Below are positions 1-11,736 of a DNA stretch of 64,000 nt, in pieces. Source of the DNA: Flaccisagitta enflata (taxonomy: Eukaryota); NCBI GenBank assembly GCA_965153355.1, contig OZ231126.1:33046001-33110000 (forward strand). Reading direction: 5' to 3'. The first letter of the stretch is position 1, and every line of letters begins with the position of its first letter. The translations under genes and the position numbers were made by a program. The notes under the pieces are model-generated. The model did not search any database, was not told the origin of the DNA, and saw only the letters and a program-made list of their open reading frames with translations.

Positions 1-98
1 TGCTTTCTTGTATTTGCATGCTAAATTGAAACATTTATTCATCCTATTCAAAATCTAAAAAAAAGACTGAGCTAAATGAACTATATGAGCTAAATGAG

Positions 99-833
99 CA
101 GGCCTTTTTTTAGAGATTTTTTTGGCAGAGCCAACCGGGCTCTCTCCTCACAATTTTACTGAGCCCGACGGCAAAACAGAGAGCCCGGCAAAAAAACAAT
201 ACTGGATGGAAGGCTACCTAAATTGCATTTGGGCGGGCAGGGGTAGTGAGGAAATTTGCTAAAAAACATTTGGGCAGGAGAAGTGACATCAAAATCACTT
301 GTAAATGCAAAAAAAAAAAAAAAAAAAAAAAACAGTGTCACCGACCAATAGAGCAACAGATGGACTAATGAATGGACTGACCAACAGATGGACAGACTGC
401 CATAGGTTATAGAGCAGCGTGCAAACAACTTGAAAAACTGAACATTTTGCTCTATTTTTCAAAAATGTGTAAGCCTCATGACATTATCATTGTTCAATGG
501 TAATTTCTCATAACAGAAATAAATTGGATTCATAGAAAGCAAAAATCATCACAGCCTTTATACCATCAATATAAGACGCATTTAGATTTACAAGAAAAAA
601 AAATGAGATGCTTTACTTGTTGATCAATTCACATTTGACAAGGTCACTATGGTAGAACTTCATTTAAGTCTCTCTCAACTTGTGAATCGGGTTTTCTAAT
701 TATGATTATAAATCTTCCAATCCTTGGTTTCAATTTTGAGAGAGCCAGCCGGGCTCAGAGCCAGCAGAACTAGAGAGCCCGACAGCAAAATTGAGAGCCA
801 CGGGCTCGCGGGCTCGCTCTAAAAAAAGGCCTG
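99..833. mobile_element. Non-autonomous hAT-type MITE
   Basis: TIRs CAGGCCTTTTTTT(T)AGAG ... CTCTAAAAAAAGGCCTG, 8-bp TSD TAAATGAG (91-98, 834-841), and subterminal GAGCCC/GGGCTC motifs. Inserted into a GAGCTAAAT-family repeat. Confidence 0.85.
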
Positions 834-2067
834 TAAATGAGCTAGAATACTTAAAAACACCCTCACAGATGAGCAGCTCTGCTCACTGACATGCTTTTTT
901 ATATCTGCTAGCTTAAACATGTATCAAAATCTTTATTCATTGTGTTTAAAATCAGAAAAAACTGAGCTAAATGAGCTAAAATGCTCAATATCACCCTCGC
1001 AGATGAGCAGCTATGCTTATGAATATGTTTTTTTTATATTTGCAAGCTCAAACAAACAAACACATTCCTTTATTGATCTTACTTAAAATCATAAAATACC
1101 AAAAAAAATAAAATTTGAATTTTTTGAAAATAAATCTTTGAAAATTCATAATGCAAAGAATATTAATCGTAGAGAACTCTGCTTGGCGCCAATGAAAGAA
1201 TTATCAAATTTACTTACCTTATCAATTTCATTGGAGGCCTCAATCAGTCGGATAAGTTCCAAGAATTCCTAATAAGAAAATGAAAACCTTGTTTCTCTTA
1301 AATATGTCAAAAATCTTGGACTGACTTCGACTTTTTTCCCAATAATTAAAATAATTAAAATCAATACTCCAGTTAAAGTCGGGTTTGCTCGAAATGTACT
1401 GTAACTGCGAGCAAAATTTCGACTAATCAACGTTTGTGTCACATTGTCACATTGTTATGACAATTGGTTTTTAGTCGCATGCATGCAACTCCATAATCCG
1501 CTATGTTGGCCGGTCTGTCCATCGGTCAATCTGTCACCTTTTGCTTTTTCGGCGTTTCTTGGTGTTTTTGGTGCTGCTGCCCAAATACCTTTTTCGTCAC
1601 TGCCCCCGCCCACCTGCATGCGACTATAGTAGCCGTGTATCCGGCCTTGTTTTTATGTACTACCACTAAGATTGAATCTCACTGGCTGATATTTCAAACC
1701 CCATCCTCTCCTTGAAAGAAAAAAAAAAAACAATAGGTGAACTGCCATTTCTTTCTAACCCAACACAAGTATTGAGAGTAAAATCGTTTAAACTTCAACC
1801 TGAACATATATACACACAAATATCATTCACACACTGTACACAAACAAAATGTCTTTCTTCTGTTCTTCGCCGTGAGATAAAGTCTGGTTGATCTGGATAA
1901 TTAAATTTGCTAAAATAAAGTCACTAACAGAGATGAAGTTAATGGGTCGTGGAGAGGATCAAGAAAAATGAGCGAGTTTTTTTTTAGGTCTCTTGTAATC
2001 GTCTAGAGACTTCAGAGTCATTGGCGATAGTTCTGTTTTCACTATTGTCGATTTTTTTTCAGTTGCA

Positions 2068-3242
2068 TTAGCGCAGAGAGTTAATGTAAATAGCAAATTC
2101 TTCCGGCGATAAAGCAGCGAGCCGACTCATGTCAACTGCCGGATCTTGTGCAGACGCAGTTGACGTTGAAGACGTGGTGGAGTTATTCTGCATCGTCGAC
2201 GTTGGCCTTGGAGCTGAGGACGCCTCGGCGATGCACGGCCTACCCATTGGCACACCGCCGTTCTTCATGGCTTGCAGCGCCAAGGGCCTTTGATCGAGAT
2301 AGTGACCATAGTTCATCGCAAATTGATTTAAAGACTTTTCGGCGAATTTGAAAATCACGGTATGAGCGCTCCCCGCTTGAAGACACCATATGAGCGAACC
2401 GAAACGAGCGAAGTAACTCTCCACTTGGAGAACGGAAAGAGGAGATCGATCGAGAGTAGACGCTTCCAAGTAATCAATGGCGTCGAGGTCGAGAGCTTCC
2501 GATTGCTTTTTAGAGGTCGGTTCTTCAAGACGATGAGAAGCAGTGCGAGAATTAGATTTGGACCCAAGGCTTTCAATCTGTCGTTGCGTCTTTCTCACTT
2601 GGTCGTCCGTCCGTTTGTCAATTTGTCCCGGCTTATTCAACGCCTCGGCGTTAGATTTGAGACAGGATTGAGCAAATTCCACCAAAGACCGCGCATTTTC
2701 CAAAACACTTCTTTCGGGGCCGGGATAACTCGATGATGGGACGTCTTTCAGCTCGTGAGCGCCCACTTTCCAATTACCATTTCCGGTTTTGCGCAAGACG
2801 TTGCTTCGCGATGAAGAATCTCGAGACCGCGATGGCGTTGAGGAAGAGGAGGAGGAGGAGAAAGAGGAAGATCGACGACGGCTGCGCTGATGGCGATCTT
2901 TGCTGCGGGATCTCGTTTGACGCCGACGACTTTCGCGTTCTCGACTTCTTGAACGAGATCGTGATCTGCTTTCCCTCACACGTTTTGATCCATGATCGTA
3001 ATCGTAGAAACTACTTCTTGAAGTTGATCCATGTTCGTATTCGTAGAAGTTACCCTGCTTGTGAAATTTAGGGATCGTGTGACCGTGTCTGCTTCTAGGC
3101 TGCGAGAGCTCGAAGTGGGAAGGATTGAAATTCTTGGGTTTGTAGTGAGAGTAGAGACATATCTTCCCTTCCTTCAAACGTCGACAATTGCCAAATTGGA
3201 CCAAATTGGGACACGGCCAGTTGTCATGAGAGAAATGGCAGG
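2068..3242 (-). CDS. 3' half of the LTR-interrupted CCCH zinc-finger/RS/RRM-like gene (end of ZF7, ZF8, RS-rich region, RRM-like domain)
   Basis: Open frame continuous with 16440-17589 once the element and one TSD copy are removed (..RIDTGQ|SCHFSHDNWPCPNLVQFGNCRRLKEGKICLYSH..). Contains an RSRSRSRSRERESRRR tract. C-terminal LSVLQVESYFARFGSLIW...VIFKFAEK...GHYLDQRPLAL resembles an RRM by pattern only. Confidence 0.85.
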
Positions 3243-3247
3243 ACTGT

Positions 3248-4160
3248 TGTAAATACGCCCACGAGTTTCAACTGGCACTGTCTATGAGCGTCTATCTGAC
3301 TGACGACTTGTGGTGAAAGAAAGTTGGCCGAATTGGAAAATAGGAAGGCGATCGTCTCGTTTATTCCATAAAAATTTCAACAACTGAAGAGAGGGGGAAA
3401 AATGAAAGGGAAAGTGGGCGTTAATTGTGATCAGCAAACGCAAAAGATAACATGAAATCGAGATAGGACACAATAAAGGACAGAAACAGCACATGACAAC
3501 ATGTTCATCTTCTTCAGAGCCCATGCCACCTGATAATACCTGCCCCTGCCCCGGCCCATCCCATTAAATTCATCCATATCATCCCTATAGTAAGCTGACC
3601 GGGCAAGCGATAAAACCATACTAAAATCCGGCGATAAAAATGCAAAAGGGCAAAAGACAAAAATAACAGACCGGAAACAAGATAAACAACGTTAATAAAA
3701 TCAGAAACACGTCTATAAAAACTTACTTTTAGGCCCACTTTCGTTGGTTTCAACCCACAGTCTGTCGATGTCAAATTAACGTTAATTGTCCGTTCATTAG
3801 TTTATCTGCAATAAAAAGATGAGAGATTATTGAAATTAGTGAATTCCAAGGGCGCATTCAAACGATCATAAAAATCAATCAATCACTTTAAGAAGCGATG
3901 CCATAATTAAATAAAACCAATCAATCCAAAAATTGGATGACACGAAAGACGAGTTACGTATATTTGCCTACGTAGTAAAAACAAATGGCACAAAATCAAG
4001 GCGCAACCATATGGTTACCCATCTAGCGTTCAATATAAAAAATGGCAAGAAACAAAAGACACGGGCATCGAATAGTAGAGAAAGAGAAAAAAGCCAAAAG
4101 CACGCAAAAGAGACAGAAGGCACACACACCTAAGCGACGGACAGACATACATTTCTAACA
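3248..4160 (-). repeat. 3' LTR (913 bp)
   Basis: Direct repeat of 15532-16439; by eye about 3 substitutions and 5 nt of small indels. Minus-strand AATAAA at 3360-3365. Confidence 0.97.
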
Positions 4161-4175
4161 TTCTGCCCCATTTTT
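4161..4175 (-). other. Polypurine tract (PPT) candidate
   Basis: Minus strand reads AAAAATGGGGCAGAA immediately before the TGTTAG start of the 3' LTR. Confidence 0.7.
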
Positions 4176-4979
4176 GGAATTTCACGAATTTCAAAAATCC
4201 GACATCTAGTTTCCAGTCGGGGAAACCCTACTAAAAAACCGATACTACCTTCCTTAAAAAAAAATTTACATAGACACAACCCCCGCCCCTCCCCCCCCGT
4301 CCACCGCCTCTTACATCCCCACCCTAACTATCAACAGATCGACGACTGCACGAATGATGATTCCCGTCCGGAAAGGATCCACCACCAGCAAATTTGCAAC
4401 GATCAATGACGACGCGGATGGAGACGAGGCGGCGACGAGGAGGTTGAGGCGCCCGTTCTGAAAAAAGTTAAAGGGAAGGGGGGGGGGAAAGGGGAACGGG
4501 CCTAGGAGCACTCCAAGCCTGGGATTTGACTTGAGAGTGGAAAAAGATAAGTGGGGGCATACTACTAAAAACATGTCATACGAAAGTATTCGTAATAATG
4601 ACTAAAAAGACCATGTCTAAAACAAACACAACAAAATGTACATGTTCCAAAGAACCAAACAAAACAAGACAAAATTAAATAAATTACTAACTATATAATA
4701 AAAACGAATCTGTTGAATAAAAGAAAAATTAGTAAGCATCATGGAACGACCACATCACCTGCGCCTTCTCCATTACAGAGACGAGCGGGTCATTCCGGCT
4801 CCAACACCTCGTCAACTCGTGGGCGAAAGGCGATGAGTGATGTCGTCGACGGCGACCGCATCGAAAGGCGCAGGTGGTGCAGCCGTCTGAGAGTGTATCC
4901 TCCCCGAAGGGAAGAAAAGGAAAGAGAAAAAATGGGGGCAGATTGATTAGTAAAGTTCTTATCGTACACAGATTCAAAT

Positions 4980-7329
4980 TTACAACAAAAACTCAACTTC
5001 AACCCTTCCCAAACCATGAAACTTACGCGGGCGTTTTTCGCCAGGCCCCGGGGCGGACGTCATTCCCACGCCCCGGGTAGCGCCCCCGACTTGGCCGGCC
5101 TGTCCATCGATGGGATGAGGATGTGAAGGTGGAATACGATCCTCAGCGAATGGCGGCGCTCTCCACGCCATGTTGCAAATTAAGTTGAACAGCAACTGGG
5201 CGTGGCACCAATCAGCGTTTAGCTGGCGGTCTGATTTTTCCAAGACCTGGTTCGATTTTTCTTATTCCCAGGCTTGAGAGCGTCTTTTTGCGACGGGATC
5301 TGCTGACCGACTTTTTCTGCTGGAGAAGACGCAGGAGGTGGAGATGCTGCATCGCAATTCGGCGCCAGTCGAAATTTTGGACGTACAGCGGACGCAGTTT
5401 TAAAATCGACGGCCATAGCCGCCTTTGCGCGTTCCACCGCTTCCTCTTTCTTCTTAGCCTTCATCGCACAGGCCTGCTTCTCCTTTTCAAGCTGCTTCTC
5501 CAGTTCCACGACTCGCTTATTGCCTTTGACCACCTCATTGTCCGCAGCCATTGCTGCTCGACGAGCATCGTCTTTCTCCTTTTGGATATTGCGACGAATT
5601 CGCTCGTCTAAGACTTGACGAGCCGCTTCAACTCGTTGACGCGGCGGAAGCGACGCGAAGAAGTCTTTTGGAAGCCTTGATGCTAAATTCTTCACCACCC
5701 CCAATGGAGCATTTGAGGTCAGTAAAGAGGCTTCTCGTAGCAATGACTCGGCGATGTGGTGTCCATGCGCAGGATCAAAGGCTGGATCCGACGGGGGAGG
5801 CGGGTTCTGCACTTGCTGCAGACCTTGGGCAGACTCGGTTTGCTGACGAGGCGCTACACCAGCTTTAACAGATGCTGAAGCACCGCCAACTAGTTCGCTT
5901 CCTACCGCTGGCTTTTGATGGCTGCGAGTGAAAGGAAGACGCTCCCGCCTGCTGACCAGAGCCTTGAGGTTTAACAGCGGACGCCGAAGCACCGCAAGTA
6001 GAACCTCCCTTGGTTGCTGCTTTGTGCTTCTTCCCAGCTCTCTTGGTCTTCTTCCCCTTTGCTGCTGCTGCCCCAGGCGCCTGATCCAGCTTCTGGGTTG
6101 CTGCCAACGTTGCCGTCGACGAACCGCTTGAAGCTTCTCCTTGGCCTTTGGGCGTTACTGCTGCAGGGGGCGCGCCTGGAGGCGCTTGAAGGGGGCCTTT
6201 GCTTTTGGAATCTGGCCCTTTTTGTTGACTCGGCACATTGCGCGTTTGTGGAGTCTTTCCCCGACGTGATCTCTTCGATTTTTGTGAGGGAGTGACGTCA
6301 CGAGGACCCTGTTGCTGCTGATTTGGGGGATGAACCAATCCAGGGCGCGATTGACGGCTTCCTGATGCTGTAGAGTGAATTGCCGCTGATGTAGCTGCGG
6401 CTGCGTCGAGCACGAATACCGCTGGTGGAATTGCGGAAGCGTCGACGGAAGTTGCACCAGGAGGCTTCGGAGCCGCATTCTTCCTCTTCGTCGCCTGGAC
6501 CATGCGACGAACCTCCTTATCATGCTCCCTCCTTCTCTTATTGCTTTGGATTTTGCGCTCCAGAGTCTCCGAGCCAAGCTCTGTTTGATTAGCCGATGAG
6601 CGCATGAGAGTTTGTTTGTTGCAGCATACCGAAAGTTTTTCAAACTCTTTGAAGAGGAGAGATACTTCGACGTCCGGGCTGATGATACGATACCACCAAC
6701 GCGCCTGCATCCGTTGGTGTTTCTCTTCCGGAGTCGCAGTGTCCACTTCCGGGTCAATGTCTTTCTCCACCACCTCCCCATTCACCAACACCTCCTCCTC
6801 CATTTCCATCCTCCTCCTCCACTCTTGCTCCATCATTGACCAATCTCTCTCTCTCTTCGCCCCCGCTGCGTTGATGTGCAGCTGCAGACGCTTGATCACG
6901 AGACGCTGGGCGCCCGAAATCAAGGCAGAATTGGCGAGGCGATGGGGGCAAATCCGACGATGATGACGCCGCCGCGGAAGTGGTGAATAAGTCCGTCGGC
7001 GGCCGATTGATCGAAATCCGCCTCGAACCTCCATCTCTGATGACCACCAATGGAGGAAGCGACGCGGGATCAACGGCGTTGGATGGCTGTTGACGATTTA
7101 CCAACGCATCATCTTGTTGACGCTTTTTATTCGCCATTTTTGCGTCGACGACGGAACGAAGGTCGCCATTGAAGGCTGCCAGCGCGACAGCCTCCTCCTC
7201 CGCCCCGAACGACGTCGTGGATGCAGATCCCTCTCGAGTTGAGCCGTCGTTGAAGAGTCGATGAAGATCCAAGGACCCGTACGACGTCGACACGTCGGCT
7301 TCAGCCTCGAGACGCTGCTGACGGGACAT
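4980..7329 (-). pseudogene. Accessory ORF3 of the BEL element; frameshifted, basic/low-complexity/coiled-coil, not env-like
   Basis: Overlapping same-strand ORFs 6754-7464, 5865-7073, 5219-5992 and 4980-5243 tile about 2.35 kb of GC-rich coding-like DNA. ATG (MSRQQRL) at 7329 is preceded by an acceptor-like TTCTTACCTTTATCAG ending at 7422. Confidence 0.65.
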
Positions 7330-7682
7330 CTTGACTCCGACGAGCGACTTCAAGATGCAAACTGACTTCGTAGATGGAATGACGTCGTCAGCGGAAGCTT
7401 TGAAATGTTCGTGTTGAAGAACTGATAAAGGTAAGAACGGATTTGGCACAAATAATATGTACATATAGACAGAGCGAATGAATCAGTGTTTTGATGTGTA
7501 AATGGAAATGGACAACATAATTGACAAGAGGAAAGATGAAAGCATGGATAATCAGAACCAAATATGAATAATAACAACTCTTTGTAAATATAACAAGTCA
7601 GAGTATCAATCACTCATATCTATAGTTACTAATGGACAGGCCCATGCGCCTTTTTCTCTCTCTCTCAAAAACTTAGCGTTTT

Positions 7683-9340
7683 TTATGAGTCCAATTCCAG
7701 CCGCACGAGCTTCGTGCGGTCTTTCGTCACGATCTTTCCATCCTGGCGCCGGATGTGAGCCCTCCGGACATGGGCTGACGAACCCTCGACGCCCATGACA
7801 CGTCCTAAACTCCAATTGTGACGAGGCAGCGTTTCGTCCATGACGATGACCATGTCATCCACCGCAAAGTCTTTCTCGGATCTCGACCATTTGCTTCGCG
7901 CGTGAAGAAGCGACAAGTATTCGACCCTCCATGATTTCCAAAATGCATCCACACGCGATTGCGCACGCCTCCATTGAATCTTCGCAGAGTCGGCGTCAGA
8001 GTTGACGCCTTGTTGCACCAGATCTAGAGGGGCATGGCCGGATGTAGATGGATTGAGGATATGATTCGGTGTAAGGGCCTCAGAGTCATTTGGATCATCG
8101 CTGAGCGCTGTCAGAGGACGGCGATTGAGAATTCCTTCAACTTCGACAACGGCAGTGTTGAAGGCGTCGACGTGGAGGATGGCGCCAGTTGAGATGGAAG
8201 CAAGATGGCGCTTAAAGAGAGCGACGATTCTCTCCCACACCCCTCCATAGTGGGGTGTTCTCGGCGTGATAAAGTCCCACCGAAGGCCGCGCCGCTGCAG
8301 TTCGGGAGTTGACGAGCGGTTCCAAGCTTCCATTTCCTTCTTGAGGATGTTATTGGCGCCTACTAGATTCGTCCCGCAATCTGAAGTGAAACGGCGAATT
8401 CCTGGGCGCCTTGCTGCAAAGCGGATGATTGCATTTACCATCGCATCAGCTGACATGTTGAAGAGCAATTCCACATGGACGGCGCGTGACACGAAACAGG
8501 TGAAGACTGCGATCCACACCTTGTGATCAGCACGCCCGTTCATCTTTACTAGGAAATGCCCCATGACATCCAATCCAGTCTCTGCAAAAACAGGTGCAGG
8601 ATTGACGCGATTTGATGGAAGATTGGCCATTTGCTGATTTGCGTTCTTTTTAAAGTTCTTCTGGCATCTGAAGCACGTGTTGACGACGCTCTTGACAGCC
8701 TGAAGACCTTTTGTAATCCACACAAACTGGCGTAATTGGCACAACGTATGCTTTGCACCCGCGTGAAAATCATTGTGATGATAATGACGAATCAATGATT
8801 TCACATTCTCGTCTTTTGGCGGCAAAATGAAGGGAAATTTAGCGTCATGTGCGATGTCGGCGTTTTCCAATCGACTGCCGACGCGAATGATACCGTCGTC
8901 GTCGACGAAAGGATTCAATTTTCGCATCTCTTTGTTTTTGATGATAAAGTCATGACGGCTTTCTGGCTTGAATACTTTTCCCAACTCCAATTGTTCAAAG
9001 ACGTCTGAATAATGATGCCGCTGCATTGACTTGACGAGCTGTTTGCGCGCCTCCTCCAAAACGTCTTGCGTCACTTCCGGTTTAGGAAGGAGATCCTTTG
9101 TTGCTCGTGTCTTCGCCCTTGGATACGCTCTCCACCTTTTGGCTGCGATAAGAACCATGCCGATGATCCGCAACTTGTGCATCCATTTTCCCCGAGAAGC
9201 TGCTGCAAGAAGTATCGCGTCAGCCACTTCTTTCTTTTCACTTTCAGCCACATATAATGCGGCGACTTGTGCAGAAATAGGGCACGTCGCGATGTTCGTC
9301 TTTGGCCATTGATCTTCGGGAAGACGCAAAAATGGGACCG
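7683..9340 (-). pseudogene. pol: BEL Pol: integrase region
   Basis: HHCC (H..FHAG...CFRC), DDE motifs GLDVMG / SDCGTNLVGA / GGVWERIV, and BEL-type C-terminus FWKSWRVEYL...WSLGRV. Joined to RNase H across a frameshift near 9335. Confidence 0.93.
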
Positions 9341-11200
9341 TGATGGAATTGACGCCATTTTTCGGCTTCATGGGCCTGGATGCCTCTGCTGCAGTGGTCC
9401 GCCGGGTTGTTTGACGAATCAACCCAGCGCCACTGTTGAGGATCAGACCCACTATGGATCTTGGAGAGACGATTGGCGAAAAACACAGGCCTCGGTTTTG
9501 CCGGATTGTAAATCATCTTCAGTGCAGATTCAGAATCAGACCAAAATCTGACGACGAGATTGTCCAAGTTGATGGTCCTTCCGACGAAGCGTTTGAGCTG
9601 CACTGCCTTTTCCGCGGATACAATCTCGACGCGTGGAACGCTGTTGTGATGAGAAGCACGTTTTGGATTGAGTGGAATGACGTGAGATTTGGAGGCGATG
9701 AATGAAATGTGAACATCTCCATCTCGGTTGACTTGACGTCGATATGCAACCGCTCCATATCCGCCTTTTGGAGCTGCATCGCAGAAGATCTCAATTGTTA
9801 TTTCCGCAATGTCACTGTTGTCGACGCCGCCATTCCACCAGCGTTCAATTCGGTATTGTTGTAGAAGAGGCCAAGATGAAGTGTAGCGGAAGAAGGATTC
9901 CTCGACGCTCTCTTCCAAGGGCGAATCCCATCCCACTTCCTGTGGACGACAGAGTTGAAGATGTCGTCTGCCGATGTATGCGCTTGGACTCCAAAATCCC
10001 AATGGATCATAAAGTTTGGCTTGCATGGAGACCAATTGACGAGGTGTCTTTGCCCTAAGAGTTTTGAATTCTTCGTCGCAGATGAAAATGAAGACGTCTT
10101 CCGCCGGAAGCCATGAGACGCCCAACACCTTCGTCGGCGCATCATCTTGCTTATCTGAAATGGGGATTGGCACATTTGGATCTCCATCCATCAATTGCCG
10201 CGCATTGCTCTTCCACTTCACAAGGTCCATCCCGCCTTCCGCCATCGCCGCCACTGAATCCACCTTTAGTTGCAGTGCTTCGCCGACCGAATCCCCACTC
10301 CTACTTCGTCGATTTAAAAGCCATAGCGAATAAGATCGTAGACGTTGTAGGGATATTTGGGCCGGATTACTTCAGCATGCTTTCTGACGGTGAAAGATGT
10401 GACGAATGAGCTGGATTGGCTGCCGAAGACGTGTGATAGAAACAGATTCAAAATTGCTTCTCGAAGGGTGCGATCTTTGAACCAAAAGAATCTGAATAAA
10501 TCAGCGTCGTCAGGATGGACGCGGATTTGGTGGAAAAACGCCTTTATGTCACACATAAAGGCGATTTTCCACTGACGAAAACGCATGAGGATGTCCATCA
10601 GGCTATTCATCAAGTTTGGGCCTCCGACGAGCAAATCATTGAGTGAGATCCCGTCGGTCGCCGCACGCGCATCATGGCATACGCGCGTTTTTCCGCGCAA
10701 TTCGACAATATGAAGCGGCAAATACCAGCGCGGCTTCAATGCCGCTGCCGCTGCCGGACGTTGTCAATCTCACCGCCACTCCTGCCTCGAAACTTCTCGA
10801 TTTCACGGAAGACTCTTTCTTTGAAGGCTGGATCACGCTTGAAGCGAAAACGCTGGTTGCCGAGTCGCTTCATCGCAGTCGGTCGTGATTTCACTCTTCT
10901 CAGAATCTCCATGATTTTTTCATGATGAAATTTCCATGTGACGGGAGCAAAGTACTTTTTCACAATTGGGCAAAAATATATCTTTTCCTCTAACGTTTTG
11001 CACGCTCTGACATTTTCGAGGGAATCACCCATCTCCTCTTGCGAGACGATTGATGATGCAAAGTCATGGTAGAAGATGCGCGATGTTGCTGTTGAGGACG
11101 CGATTGTCGAGGATGCGATCGATATTATCGTTGAGGACGCGGTCATCCGTCGCGATAGCGTTGATCGACGCAATATCTCGTCCTCTTTTGCCCGTTTTTC
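9330..11200 (-). pseudogene. pol: BEL Pol: reverse transcriptase and RNase H, disrupted
   Basis: WYLPLH, RVCHDA, SLNDLLVGGPNL, DIKAFFHQI, KVLGVSW, LYDPLG, IFCDA, FWSDS, NPADHCSRG. The Y(I/V)DD position reads TAA-ATC-GAC-GAA (stop at 10314-10316) followed by a frameshift. Confidence 0.92.
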
Positions 11201-11700
11201 CACATACAGTCCAACCGAATAGACATCTAAAGCAAGTCAAAGATCCTGAAGGCCCTCGACGGATTTCTTGAGCGACGGCGGCATCCGCATGCGCCGCTCC
11301 GATGATCATCATCACACCGCCTTCAGCTTCTGGAAATTTTACGCCTTCGATGTGAGGTTGGTCAGATAGGTCGCGGAGAAAAGGAGGAATATCGCGTTCA
11401 CTCGTTAACAAATCACCCACCAATGCGTCGCTGATGTCGACGACATATTCCTCGTCGACCGATTGCATGGTGAATGAAGCGATGAAACGATCCTCAACAA
11501 CATGACTTCCCACAGTAATCACCGTCATTTGCACTGTTTTTGTTGGAATCAGAAGACTGCGAATGACATTGGTACTGATCACGTCGCGATCAGCGCCTGA
11601 GTCGATCATAGCGTAAATCGTCCTCTGCGCGCACCCGAAGAATTGTTTATAATAGTCACTGGAACGATCGGACGGACAACGCCACCAATGAAGAGACGGA
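11064..11700 (-). pseudogene. pol: BEL aspartic protease region
   Basis: YAMIDSGADRDVIS active-site motif near 11610 (frameshift just upstream), MIIGA, and CLFGWTVCG. Confidence 0.85.
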
Positions 11701-11736
11701 CCGCGACGTTGCGCCGCCGCCAGTCATGCCGTGGCG

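Noticed and set aside
4980-7329. env gene
   Set aside because: No signal peptide, transmembrane anchor or Cys-rich ectodomain in any of the frames.
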